A DNA stretch of 64,000 nucleotides. Source: an uncultured Verrucomicrobiota bacterium (GTDB lineage Bacteria > Verrucomicrobiota > Verrucomicrobiia > Limisphaerales > UBA1100). The position numbers and the translations under genes are program-made. The stretch covers positions 12,887 through 76,886 of the forward strand of contig CACDBG010000003.1 in assembly GCA_902551155.1 (NCBI GenBank). The letters run 5' to 3'. How positions within the stretch are numbered: the stretch's first letter is position 1; each line of letters opens with the position of its first letter. The notes below the pieces were generated by a model, which had not been told where the DNA came from, searched no databases, and saw only the letters and a list, made by a program, of their open reading frames with translations. Positions 1 through 8,004 of the stretch are shown in pieces.

Positions 1-405
1 ATCCTCCTCAGCAGCCATATGCATTGCGTGAGTAGCAAAGGTGACTTTTACCGGTTTATTGGAGTTGAATGTTTGTTTACCAAAGAGTGCTTTGCCCATG
101 CGGACTACCGCATAAATAATTGCCCCACCGCAGGCCATGCCCAGTAAACTGTATACTAATGCACTGCCACGACTGATTTGTTCGCCGAGGAAGGCTCCAT
201 GTAATTGCGGGGCTAACACAGAGAATATTACGCCAACTACCATGCCGCCTTTGGTCAGTTCATCGGGGATAATGAAGTGCTCCAAATCTATGAAGGTTGA
301 AGCAATCAGCCCTCCAAGCAAGGTGACGACAATACAACCAAAAATGAAAAAGATGATTGAGAAGACCACCAGTGTGCTAGCTAGCCAAACGACAAAATCA
401 GCCAT
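1..405 (-). CDS. A24-family prepilin (type IV leader) peptidase, short form; N-terminal part only, gene runs off the left edge
   Basis: Absent from the ORF track because it is open at the window edge. The reverse complement from the ATG (comp. 405-403) reads MADFVVWLASTLVVFSIIFFIFGCIVVTLLGGLIASTFIDLEHFIIPDELTKGG... with no stop to position 1. The block IDLEHFIIPDE matches the first catalytic-Asp region of PilD-type peptidases (LIDLDHQLLPD). Its start overlaps the aroE stop (ATGGCTGA). Confidence 0.7.
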   Translation of the reverse strand, partial: MADFVVWLASTLVVFSIIFFIFGCIVVTLLGGLIASTFIDLEHFIIPDELTKGGMVVGVIFSVLAPQLHGAFLGEQISRGSALVYSLLGMACGGAIIYAVVRMGKALFGKQTFNSNKPVKVTFATHAMHMAAEED

Positions 406-1315
406 GGTTAATTGCTTTCTTAAGCGCCTCGCGCATTGATTCAAGTGGTGCGGATTGCCCGCTCCAGATTTCTAATGATTTGGCTCCTTGATGAAGAAGC
501 ATGCCTAGGCCATTGGCATATTTACACCCTGCTTCTTTTGCCGCAGTTAGAAGTGGGGTTTGGTTTGGTTGGTAAATCATATCATAAACCGCACGTGATT
601 TTTTTAAGCAAAATGCTTGAGGGTCCAAAGGGGAGGGGTCTTTATCTCTTAAGCCAAGTGATGTTGCATTGATAACTAAATCAATCTCTGAACTCGGATA
701 GTTTACACTCACGTTGACGGCAGGGAAACGTTGTTGGATTTCAGCGACAAGGGCCTCAGCTTTACTGGTGGTTCGGTTAATGATGGATAAATCTTTTACG
801 CCGGTTGCCGCTAGTTTCAATGCTGCCACGCGTCCTGCTCCTCCTGCTCCTAGTAGAAGGATGCTCTCTCCACGAACTTCTATTCCGAGATCTTCGCGGA
901 GACTTTGAGTGATGCCGTCCGCATCAGTATTAAATCCGTGGCTGCGGATATTTTGCGGGGCACAATCAAATTCATGAATGGGTCGCCATTGATTGTCGTC
1001 CCTTTGTCCTTCAAATAGGATTGTGTTTACTGCCCCCCATTCTTGTGAGCTTTCATCAAGGATATCAACCATGTCCATGGCTAGGAGTTTGTGTGGGACA
1101 GTTAGATTTAAGCCGATATAGTGCATCGCCCTGGCCCCGTTAATTGCCTCCTTGAGCTGTTCTGGCCTGACTTCTGCAGCAGTGTATCGCCAATCTAGGC
1201 CCAAGGTCGCTATGCCGGCATTTTGCATTGCCGGTGAAGCTGAGTGGCGCACGGGAAATCCATACACCGCGCAAAGCCGTGTACTAGCTGATAATGGTAG
1301 TGAGTGGTTGCTCAC
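398..1315 (-). CDS. aroE: shikimate 5-dehydrogenase
   Basis: Motifs: YGFPVRHSASPAMQNAG (the substrate-site SxS region), NLTVPHK, and the NADP Rossmann loop LLLGAGGAGRVAA. The maximal ORF extends to 1408, but homology begins near RLCAVYG. A GTG at comp. 1315 gives a typical length, so the start is uncertain. Confidence 0.85.
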   Translation of the reverse strand: MSNHSLPLSASTRLCAVYGFPVRHSASPAMQNAGIATLGLDWRYTAAEVRPEQLKEAINGARAMHYIGLNLTVPHKLLAMDMVDILDESSQEWGAVNTILFEGQRDDNQWRPIHEFDCAPQNIRSHGFNTDADGITQSLREDLGIEVRGESILLLGAGGAGRVAALKLAATGVKDLSIINRTTSKAEALVAEIQQRFPAVNVSVNYPSSEIDLVINATSLGLRDKDPSPLDPQAFCLKKSRAVYDMIYQPNQTPLLTAAKEAGCKYANGLGMLLHQGAKSLEIWSGQSAPLESMREALKKAINHG

Positions 1316-1406
1316 AGGCGCAATGTAACGATGTCCTAAGCTTGGGTCGAGAGCTGAGTGTCTTGACGTTGGGCCTACGGTTTTCCAATATGCCCCATCC
1401 ATTAAC

Positions 1407-3347
1407 ATGAGTGAACAAATTTTTCCTCCTTCAGCTGAATCTTCGTCAAACGCTCACATTTCATCTATAGGCCAGTACGAGGAACTCTATGAGCGATCCA
1501 TTAATGATCCTGAGGGTTTCTGGACTGAACATGCCCAGCGCCTACATTGGTTTGAGAATTGGAATCAGTTGCGTCAATGGGACTATAAAAAGGCGGAGGT
1601 TAAGTGGTTTTTGGGAGGTAAGCTGAATGCCTGCTACAACTGTGTGGATCGGCACGTGGATGATGGACATGGCGATGACACCGCATTGATCTGGGAAGGT
1701 AATGATCCCAAGGAAAGCCGAACATATACTTACTCCGATCTGCAGAAAGAAGTGCAGAAGGCGGCTAATGCCTTGAAGAACCTTGGTATCCAAAAAGGAG
1801 ATAGAGTCTGTATTTATATGCAGATGATTCCTGAGCTTTCAATTGCCATGCTTGCTTGTGCTCGGATTGGAGCAGTCCATTCCATTGTGTTCGGTGCTTT
1901 CAGTGCGGATAGTTTAGTAACGCGCATCAACGATTCAGAATGTAAGGCGATCATTACTCAGGATACAGGCGTGCGGGGAACCAAGCTGGATATTCCCATG
2001 AAGGCTAATGCTGATGAGGCAGTGAAGAGTACTCCTTCTGTAGAGAAAGTTTTAGTGGTAAAACGTACGGGCTCAGAAGTGGAAATGAAAGAGGGGCGCG
2101 ATGTTTGGTGGGCCGAAGCGCTGGATGCGGTTGATCCGGAGTGTCCCGCTGAATCAATGGATTCAGAAGATCCTCTTTTCATCCTCTACACTTCAGGTAG
2201 TACAGGGAAACCCAAAGGGGTGCTCCATACAACTGGAGGATATCTAACCTATGCGGCTACCACACATCACTATATTTTTGATTATCACCCCGGAGACGTT
2301 TATTGGTGTACAGCTGACATAGGTTGGGTAACCGGGCACTCTTATATCGTTTATGGTCCGATGGCTAACCGGGCTATAACCATGATGTATGAAGGCGTGC
2401 CGAATTATCCGGACTTTGGTCGTTTCTGGGAGATTGTGGCCAAGCACAAGGTGAATATTTTTTATACCGCACCTACTGCCTTGCGGGCTTTAATGAAGGA
2501 GGGCGATAGTTGGCCCAATCAGCACGACCTTTCCAGCCTACGTTTATTGGGAACGGTCGGTGAGCCTATAAAGACTCCGGAATGGATGTGGTACCACAAA
2601 GTCATTGGTAAAGAAAAATGCCCAATCGTGGATACCTGGTGGCAAACTGAAACTGGAGGGATTTTGATTTCACCATTACCGGGAGCGACGCCAACTAAGC
2701 CGGGTAGTGCAACTTTACCATTTTTTGGAGTGAAGCCGGCTCTTGTTGATGATGAAGGTAAGGTGATTGAAGGCAATGGTGTGTCGGGCAATTTATGTAT
2801 GCTCGAACCATGGCCGGGTCAGATGCGCACTGTTTATGGCGATCATCAGAGATTTTTTGACACATACTTCGCCCGTTTCCCGGGTAAGTATTTTAGTGGA
2901 GATGGCTGCCGGCGCGATGCTGATGGTTATTACTGGATCACAGGGCGTGTAGATGATGTGATTATTGTTAGTGGCCATAATTTGGGTACAGCAGAAATTG
3001 AAGGTGCGATTGGGGGGCATCCTGCGGTAGCTGAGGCGGCAGTGGTAGGTTATGATCACGAAATTAAGGGCAACGCTATCTATGCCTATGTTACCCTAAA
3101 AACGGGTGAGGAGGTAACTGATACGTTGGCTGCTGAAATAGTAAAGCAGGTGCGGGCTGATATCGGGCCGCATGCATCACCTGAGAAAATACAATTTACT
3201 CCGGGCCTGCCAAAAACACGCAGTGGCAAGATTATGCGCCGGATTTTGCGGAAAATTGCCGAGGGAGATACTGCGAATTTAGGGGATACCAGTACTCTGG
3301 CTGATCCGGCAGTGGTAGATTCACTGGTTTCTGGTCGTGTCGATTAA
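1407..3347 (+). CDS. acs: acetyl-CoA synthetase (AMP-forming)
   Basis: 646 aa. Carries the AMP-binding signature [11 protein letters not shown], then WWQTETGG and the C-terminal [17 protein letters not shown]. Collinear with Acs over the full length. Confidence 0.97.
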   Translation: MSEQIFPPSAESSSNAHISSIGQYEELYERSINDPEGFWTEHAQRLHWFENWNQLRQWDYKKAEVKWFLGGKLNACYNCVDRHVDDGHGDDTALIWEGNDPKESRTYTYSDLQKEVQKAANALKNLGIQKGDRVCIYMQMIPELSIAMLACARIGAVHSIVFGAFSADSLVTRINDSECKAIITQDTGVRGTKLDIPMKANADEAVKSTPSVEKVLVVKRTGSEVEMKEGRDVWWAEALDAVDPECPAESMDSEDPLFILYTSGSTGKPKGVLHTTGGYLTYAATTHHYIFDYHPGDVYWCTADIGWVTGHSYIVYGPMANRAITMMYEGVPNYPDFGRFWEIVAKHKVNIFYTAPTALRALMKEGDSWPNQHDLSSLRLLGTVGEPIKTPEWMWYHKVIGKEKCPIVDTWWQTETGGILISPLPGATPTKPGSATLPFFGVKPALVDDEGKVIEGNGVSGNLCMLEPWPGQMRTVYGDHQRFFDTYFARFPGKYFSGDGCRRDADGYYWITGRVDDVIIVSGHNLGTAEIEGAIGGHPAVAEAAVVGYDHEIKGNAIYAYVTLKTGEEVTDTLAAEIVKQVRADIGPHASPEKIQFTPGLPKTRSGKIMRRILRKIAEGDTANLGDTSTLADPAVVDSLVSGRVD

Positions 3348-3404
3348 AAGCCTCTGTTAATCAGTCTTGCTTGCTCGCAATACATGCAATGCTAATTTTT
3401 ACCC

Positions 3405-4712
3405 GTGAGTTTGCTTCCGTTTGAATTTACCTTGGCGCTTCGTTATTTGAGGCCCAAGCGTACAGCTGTGTCTTTCATTACATTTATTTCGGTAACCGGC
3501 GTGATGTTGGGGGTTGCCGTTTTGATCATCGTTACTTCTGTGTTTTCAGGTTTTCATCTTCAACTAAAAAAGACCTTTTTTCAGTTTTCAGCTGACATAC
3601 AGATTAGGCAGAGGGTTGATGATGGTTTCGGTAATGTGGTTGGATTTGGTCCGATAGAAAACTATTCCACCTTGGTTGAGCGATTGGAAAAGGTGGAAGG
3701 CGTCAAAGGAGCTATGCCAATTGTTGCTGGCAAGGTAATGCTCGAAACACAACCTGAAGGCAGGGAATCGCAGTTTGATGCGCCACGTTTGATAGGGGTT
3801 CATGAGAGGGGAATGAAAAAGGTTAGCATGGTTCCCCAGTCCATGATGGCGGGTGAGTTTGATCTTTCAGGTAATGGGCTTGTAGTTGGCTGGAACTTTG
3901 GTCGGCCAGATGGGGCTTTTCAGTTAGAGGTGGGAGATACGGTTTTGATTTATTCACCCCAAAACCTTAAGGAAATGAAGGATGCTAAAGAAGAGGGCGA
4001 TACGCTTGGGATTTTACCAGAAGAATATACGGTAAAAGGAATTTTTGATGCCGGACAGGGGGAACTAAATGATTTCATGTTTTGTGATCTCTATAACGCG
4101 CAGGACCTTTATTATATAGAAGAGGATATTGCGCACATGATTTGGGTGGAGACTGATCAACCACTTAACTTGAATCCGGTGACCGATGCTCTAGAGGAAG
4201 AAATTGGTCAAAACTACTATATTGGTACCTGGAAAGATCTGAATCCGGTTCTGTTAGCTCAAGTGCAGGTGGAGAAAATGATCGTCCAATTTCTTATGTT
4301 TTTCATCGTGATAGTGGCGGCCTTTGGTATTGCCAGTTCCTTAATTATTTTTGGAGTTCAAAAAACAAAAGAAATAGGGTTGTTAAAAGCCTTAGGGGCC
4401 ACTAATGGGCAAGTGAGTAAGGTGTTTTTGATTCAAAGTGCTGTAGTGGGAATATTAGGCACGACTTTGGGGGTAGGGTTGGGAATGTTAGTCTTGGCTT
4501 ATCGCAACGAGTTTCTTGGAATGATGAGAGGACAGGGGGTTGAGCTTTTTCCAGAGAAGTTATATGGGTTTCGTGAGTTGCCAGCGCAAATTGTGCAAAG
4601 TGATATAGTTATAATTTGCGGGGTATCATTTTTAATTTGCCTTCTGGCCGGCCTATTGCCGGCTTGGAATGCAGCAAGGTTGCAACCAGTGGAGGCACTG
4701 CGCAGTGAGTAA
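3405..4712 (+). CDS. LolC/LolE-type ABC transporter permease (FtsX/MacB fold)
   Basis: N-terminal FELTLALRYLRPKR-like signature (FEFTLALRYLRPKRTA), a large periplasmic domain between TM1 and TM2, and a C-terminal FtsX-type 3-TM bundle. GTG start. Followed by the matching ATPase. Confidence 0.85.
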   Translation: MSLLPFEFTLALRYLRPKRTAVSFITFISVTGVMLGVAVLIIVTSVFSGFHLQLKKTFFQFSADIQIRQRVDDGFGNVVGFGPIENYSTLVERLEKVEGVKGAMPIVAGKVMLETQPEGRESQFDAPRLIGVHERGMKKVSMVPQSMMAGEFDLSGNGLVVGWNFGRPDGAFQLEVGDTVLIYSPQNLKEMKDAKEEGDTLGILPEEYTVKGIFDAGQGELNDFMFCDLYNAQDLYYIEEDIAHMIWVETDQPLNLNPVTDALEEEIGQNYYIGTWKDLNPVLLAQVQVEKMIVQFLMFFIVIVAAFGIASSLIIFGVQKTKEIGLLKALGATNGQVSKVFLIQSAVVGILGTTLGVGLGMLVLAYRNEFLGMMRGQGVELFPEKLYGFRELPAQIVQSDIVIICGVSFLICLLAGLLPAWNAARLQPVEALRSE

Positions 4713-5373
4713 GGTTGTGCTAAGTGCTCAAGATGTTCGCAAGCGGTATCATCTTGGTTCTAAGGAATTATCTGTGCTCCAGGGTGTGGATTTTGATTTG
4801 CACAAAGGTGAATTTGTGGCTTTGCAAGGAGCATCGGGTTCGGGCAAAAGCACGCTACTGCAATTATTGGGAGGGCTGGATCGGGTAAGTTCCGGTTCTA
4901 TTTTGTTTGATGGGAGTCCGCTGCGTTTGCAAACGGCAGCTCAAGCGGCGCAGTTTCGGGGGAAGCATGTTGGTTTTGTTTTTCAGGCTTACCATTTGCT
5001 GCCAGATTTAGACGCACTGGAGAACGTTATGCTTCCGGCTCAGATTCAGAGTGAATCCCAATTGGAAGTTCGAGCGAAGGAGTTGCTTGATAAAGTAGGA
5101 CTCAGGGACCGCATGGGCCATCGACCATCTGAACTATCGGGAGGAGAACAGCAACGGGTGGCGATTGCTCGGTCTTTAATGAATAAACCAAGGATTGTGC
5201 TGGCTGATGAGCCAACAGGAAACCTTGATTCAACGACAGAAGGGGAAATTATAGAGCTATTAAAGCAGCTTCATGAGGATCGTCAGTTGACATTACTAGT
5301 GGCTACTCATGACGAAGAGGTGGCTAAGGCAGCTCAGCGGGTGGTGCGTCTAAAGGATGGGAAGGTGTGTTAA
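4669..5373 (+). CDS. LolD-type ABC transporter ATP-binding protein
   Basis: Walker A GASGSGKST, ABC signature LSGGEQQRVAIAR, Walker B VLADEPTGNLD. The true start may be the GTG at 4705 (GTGAGTAA overlap with the permease stop) rather than the ATG at 4669. Confidence 0.88.
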   Translation: MQQGCNQWRHCAVSKVVLSAQDVRKRYHLGSKELSVLQGVDFDLHKGEFVALQGASGSGKSTLLQLLGGLDRVSSGSILFDGSPLRLQTAAQAAQFRGKHVGFVFQAYHLLPDLDALENVMLPAQIQSESQLEVRAKELLDKVGLRDRMGHRPSELSGGEQQRVAIARSLMNKPRIVLADEPTGNLDSTTEGEIIELLKQLHEDRQLTLLVATHDEEVAKAAQRVVRLKDGKVC

Positions 5374-5423
5374 TATTGATATATTGCTACCTGTCGGGTT
5401 TTCCCGCTAGGGTGACTTGACCG

Positions 5424-6293
5424 ATGAAGGTTTTTGTCGACGGAAAATTCTTAGATGAGAAAAAGGCGGTGGTCTCGGTTTTTGACCACGGTCTTCTTTA
5501 TGGGGATGGGGTTTTTGAGGGTATTCGCGCCTACAATGGCCGGGTGTTTAAATTATCTGAGCATATCGACCGATTGTTTTATTCGGCGAAGGCAATTCTT
5601 TTGAAAATTCCCATGAGTCATAAGGCGATTTGTGAGGCTGTTCGCCAAACTTGTCGGCAGAATAAGTTGCGCGATGGATACATCCGGTTAGTGGTTACGC
5701 GAGGTTCAGGGACACTCGGGTTGGATCCTAATCGTTGCAGCAATCCACAGGTAATCATTATAGCTGATAAAATCCAACTTTATCCTAAGGCGTTTTATGA
5801 GAAAGGCCTTGAGATTGTGACTGTCCCAACTACTCGCAACCATACCAACGCGGTGAACCCTGCGATAAAGTCTCTCAATTATTTAAATAATATTTTGGCT
5901 AAGATAGAGGCAACAAATGCCGGTTGCGTAGAGGCAATAATGCTTAATCACGAAGGGTTTGTAGCTGAATGTACTGGTGATAATGTTTTTATGATCAAGG
6001 ATGGGAAAATGCACACTCCTCCTTTGGCTGCTGGTGCTTTGCATGGGATTACCCGTTCAGTGGCTATTGAATTAGCAACCTCTTTAGGGGTCCAGTCCAG
6101 CGAACCCAACTTGACGCGGTATGATTTGTATAATGCCGATGAGATATTCATTACCGGTACTGCGGCTGAGGTGGTGCCGGTGGTGAAGATAGATGGCCGC
6201 CAAATAGGTCGTGGAAAACCAGGCAAAATAACTAAGAACCTAATGAACGCCTATCGGAATTTGACGAATTCGACAGGACAGGAGATTTTATAG
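5424..6293 (+). CDS. ilvE: branched-chain amino acid aminotransferase (class IV PLP enzyme)
   Basis: 289 aa. Shows DHGLLYGDGVFEGIRAYNG, IRLVVTRG, and the class IV fold motifs (...EATNAG..., TPPL..GALHGITR). Confidence 0.9.
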   Translation: MKVFVDGKFLDEKKAVVSVFDHGLLYGDGVFEGIRAYNGRVFKLSEHIDRLFYSAKAILLKIPMSHKAICEAVRQTCRQNKLRDGYIRLVVTRGSGTLGLDPNRCSNPQVIIIADKIQLYPKAFYEKGLEIVTVPTTRNHTNAVNPAIKSLNYLNNILAKIEATNAGCVEAIMLNHEGFVAECTGDNVFMIKDGKMHTPPLAAGALHGITRSVAIELATSLGVQSSEPNLTRYDLYNADEIFITGTAAEVVPVVKIDGRQIGRGKPGKITKNLMNAYRNLTNSTGQEIL

Positions 6294-6299
6294 ATAGAA

Positions 6300-6806
6300 A
6301 TGAAGTGCTGCCAGTCAGACTGTGAAAATGAGGCAACGGTGCATCTGACCGAGATTGTCAACGGTGAGATGAAGAAAATAGATCTTTGCGAGGAGTGTGC
6401 AAAAGAAAAGGGCGTGACCGATCCACAAGGATTTGCCCTTGCTGATCTGTTGCTCGGACTTGGGGCTTCTTCTGAAATGGACGCGGCGGGGATTGAAATC
6501 GAGTGTCCAACTTGTGGTTTCACGCAAGCTGATTTTAAGAAAACTGGTCGGCTAGGGTGTTCGACTTGTTATACAGTTTTTGCTGAACCACTTGAGGGGA
6601 TGCTTAAACAGATGCACAAGGGTACCCAACATGTGGGTAAGGTTCCCAAGGCGTTGCGAGCTAAAATGGATATCACCAGACAACGTGACCATATTAGTGA
6701 GCAGTTGCAGAAAGCCATTGATACCGAAAACTACGAAGAAGCGGCTCGGCTTCGGGATCAATTGAAAGAGCTTGAAGGGTCATCCTCGATGAAAGAGGGT
6801 AAATAA
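6300..6806 (+). CDS. mcsA: McsA-like activator of protein arginine kinase (zinc-finger pairs plus UVR motif)
   Basis: Cys clusters CCQSDC...CEEC and CPTCG...CSTCY. C-terminal UVR motif AIDTENYEEAARLRDQLKELE. Lies immediately upstream of mcsB, with stop and start overlapping at 6806. Confidence 0.85.
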   Translation: MKCCQSDCENEATVHLTEIVNGEMKKIDLCEECAKEKGVTDPQGFALADLLLGLGASSEMDAAGIEIECPTCGFTQADFKKTGRLGCSTCYTVFAEPLEGMLKQMHKGTQHVGKVPKALRAKMDITRQRDHISEQLQKAIDTENYEEAARLRDQLKELEGSSSMKEGK

Positions 6807-7879
6807 TGGATATCTTTGAATTTCTTTCTCCTTCAGATGAGCTCACTACGGTGTCAGGACCGGAAGACCATGTGGTTTTGTCCAGTCGCGTACGTTTGGC
6901 CCGAAATGTAGCCAGCCTTCCTTTTCCCGGCCGTGCGAAAAAGCAAAGTCGTCAGGATACATGTGATTACATCAAGCCTGTTGTGTCATCGGCGTCCGCG
7001 ATGCGAGGTGGATTCTCAACCGGTATGGAGGATTTAAAGGCCCAAGAGAAACAGCTTTTGGTTGAACGTCATCTAATCAGTCGTGAGCACGCGGCAAAAG
7101 GCGGCGGAAGCGCCTTTGTGCTTAGTAAGGATCAAGCCTTAAGTGTAATGATAAATGAGGAGGACCATTTACGTATGCAGGCATTAATGCCGGGAATGCA
7201 AATCAAGCAAGTTTGGCAGAAGATAGACCGTTTTGACACGAGCCTAGAAAAGAAGCTCGACTATGGATTTGATGCTGATTACGGCTACCTAACCGCTTGC
7301 CCAACTAATTTGGGCACGGGTATTCGGGTAAGTGCAATGCTTCATTTGCCCGGTTTGGTGCTAACTGATCAGGTGAATCAGATTGTACAGGCGGTTACGA
7401 AGCTTGGGCATGCGGTTCGTGGTTTGTATGGGGAAGGCACTGAAGCTTTGGGGCATATTTTCCAAGTCTCTAATCAGATGACTTTAGGTGAAAGCGAAGT
7501 TGATATTATAGAACGTATCCACAAGGTGGTGCTCCAGATTATAGAGCATGAGACTAATGCTAGATCTGTCCTCCAACAGTCTAATGCCAAAGAATTATTG
7601 AATCACGTTGGGCGTGCATTTGGTGTTTTGGCTAATGCACATATTGTTAGTTCAAAGGAATCGATGAATCAGTTGTCTTTGATTCGACTTGGAGTGAAGC
7701 TTGGCATGCTAAAAGACGTGGATGTATCTATGATAGATGAATTATTTTTGGTGACCCAGCCAGCGCATCTTCAACATCAGATTGGCGAAAAATTGACCGG
7801 TGAAGAACGTGATTTGCATCGTGCGGATCTACTGAGGCAGAAGTTAAGCGGAATTGGGGGAGTACAATTACCGCAATAG
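6806..7879 (+). CDS. mcsB: protein arginine kinase (ATP:guanido phosphotransferase)
   Basis: Phosphagen-kinase catalytic core NEEDHLRMQ and CPTNLGTGIRVSAMLHLPGL, plus FQVSNQMTLGESE. Confidence 0.92.
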   Translation: MDIFEFLSPSDELTTVSGPEDHVVLSSRVRLARNVASLPFPGRAKKQSRQDTCDYIKPVVSSASAMRGGFSTGMEDLKAQEKQLLVERHLISREHAAKGGGSAFVLSKDQALSVMINEEDHLRMQALMPGMQIKQVWQKIDRFDTSLEKKLDYGFDADYGYLTACPTNLGTGIRVSAMLHLPGLVLTDQVNQIVQAVTKLGHAVRGLYGEGTEALGHIFQVSNQMTLGESEVDIIERIHKVVLQIIEHETNARSVLQQSNAKELLNHVGRAFGVLANAHIVSSKESMNQLSLIRLGVKLGMLKDVDVSMIDELFLVTQPAHLQHQIGEKLTGEERDLHRADLLRQKLSGIGGVQLPQ

Positions 7880-7949
7880 ATTTTTTGTTCTTCAATTTGC
7901 ATCATTTTTTCAAAAATTTTTTATAAAACATCAATTTGTGGGCATAAGT

Positions 7950-7965
7950 TGGCACTCAGATTGCT
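7950..7965 (+). promoter_or_regulatory. candidate sigma-54 (RpoN) -24/-12 promoter upstream of clpC
   Basis: TGGCAC(7950-7955)-tcaga-TTGC(7961-7964) is an exact match to the TGGCAC-N5-TTGC core with correct GG-N10-GC spacing. It sits in the 125-nt mcsB-clpC gap, in the same orientation as clpC, 40-55 nt before the candidate start codons. Confidence 0.5.
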
Positions 7966-8004
7966 GGACGAATAGGGGGTAAACCATTATGTTATTACAT
8001 ATAA

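Noticed and set aside
137-439. 100-aa plus-strand ORF at the left edge
   Set aside because: It lies antisense to a minus-strand frame that reads as a bona fide A24 prepilin peptidase with the IDLEHFIIPDE motif. The plus-strand product has no recognisable features, so it is a shadow ORF.
1316-1408. N-terminal extension of aroE, giving head-to-head overlapping start codons with acs (shared CATG at 1406-1409)
   Set aside because: The first ~31 residues ([31 protein letters not shown]) have no counterpart in AroE. Homology begins near RLCAVYG, and an in-frame GTG at comp. 1315 gives a normal length. The overlap is most likely an artefact of taking the longest ORF.
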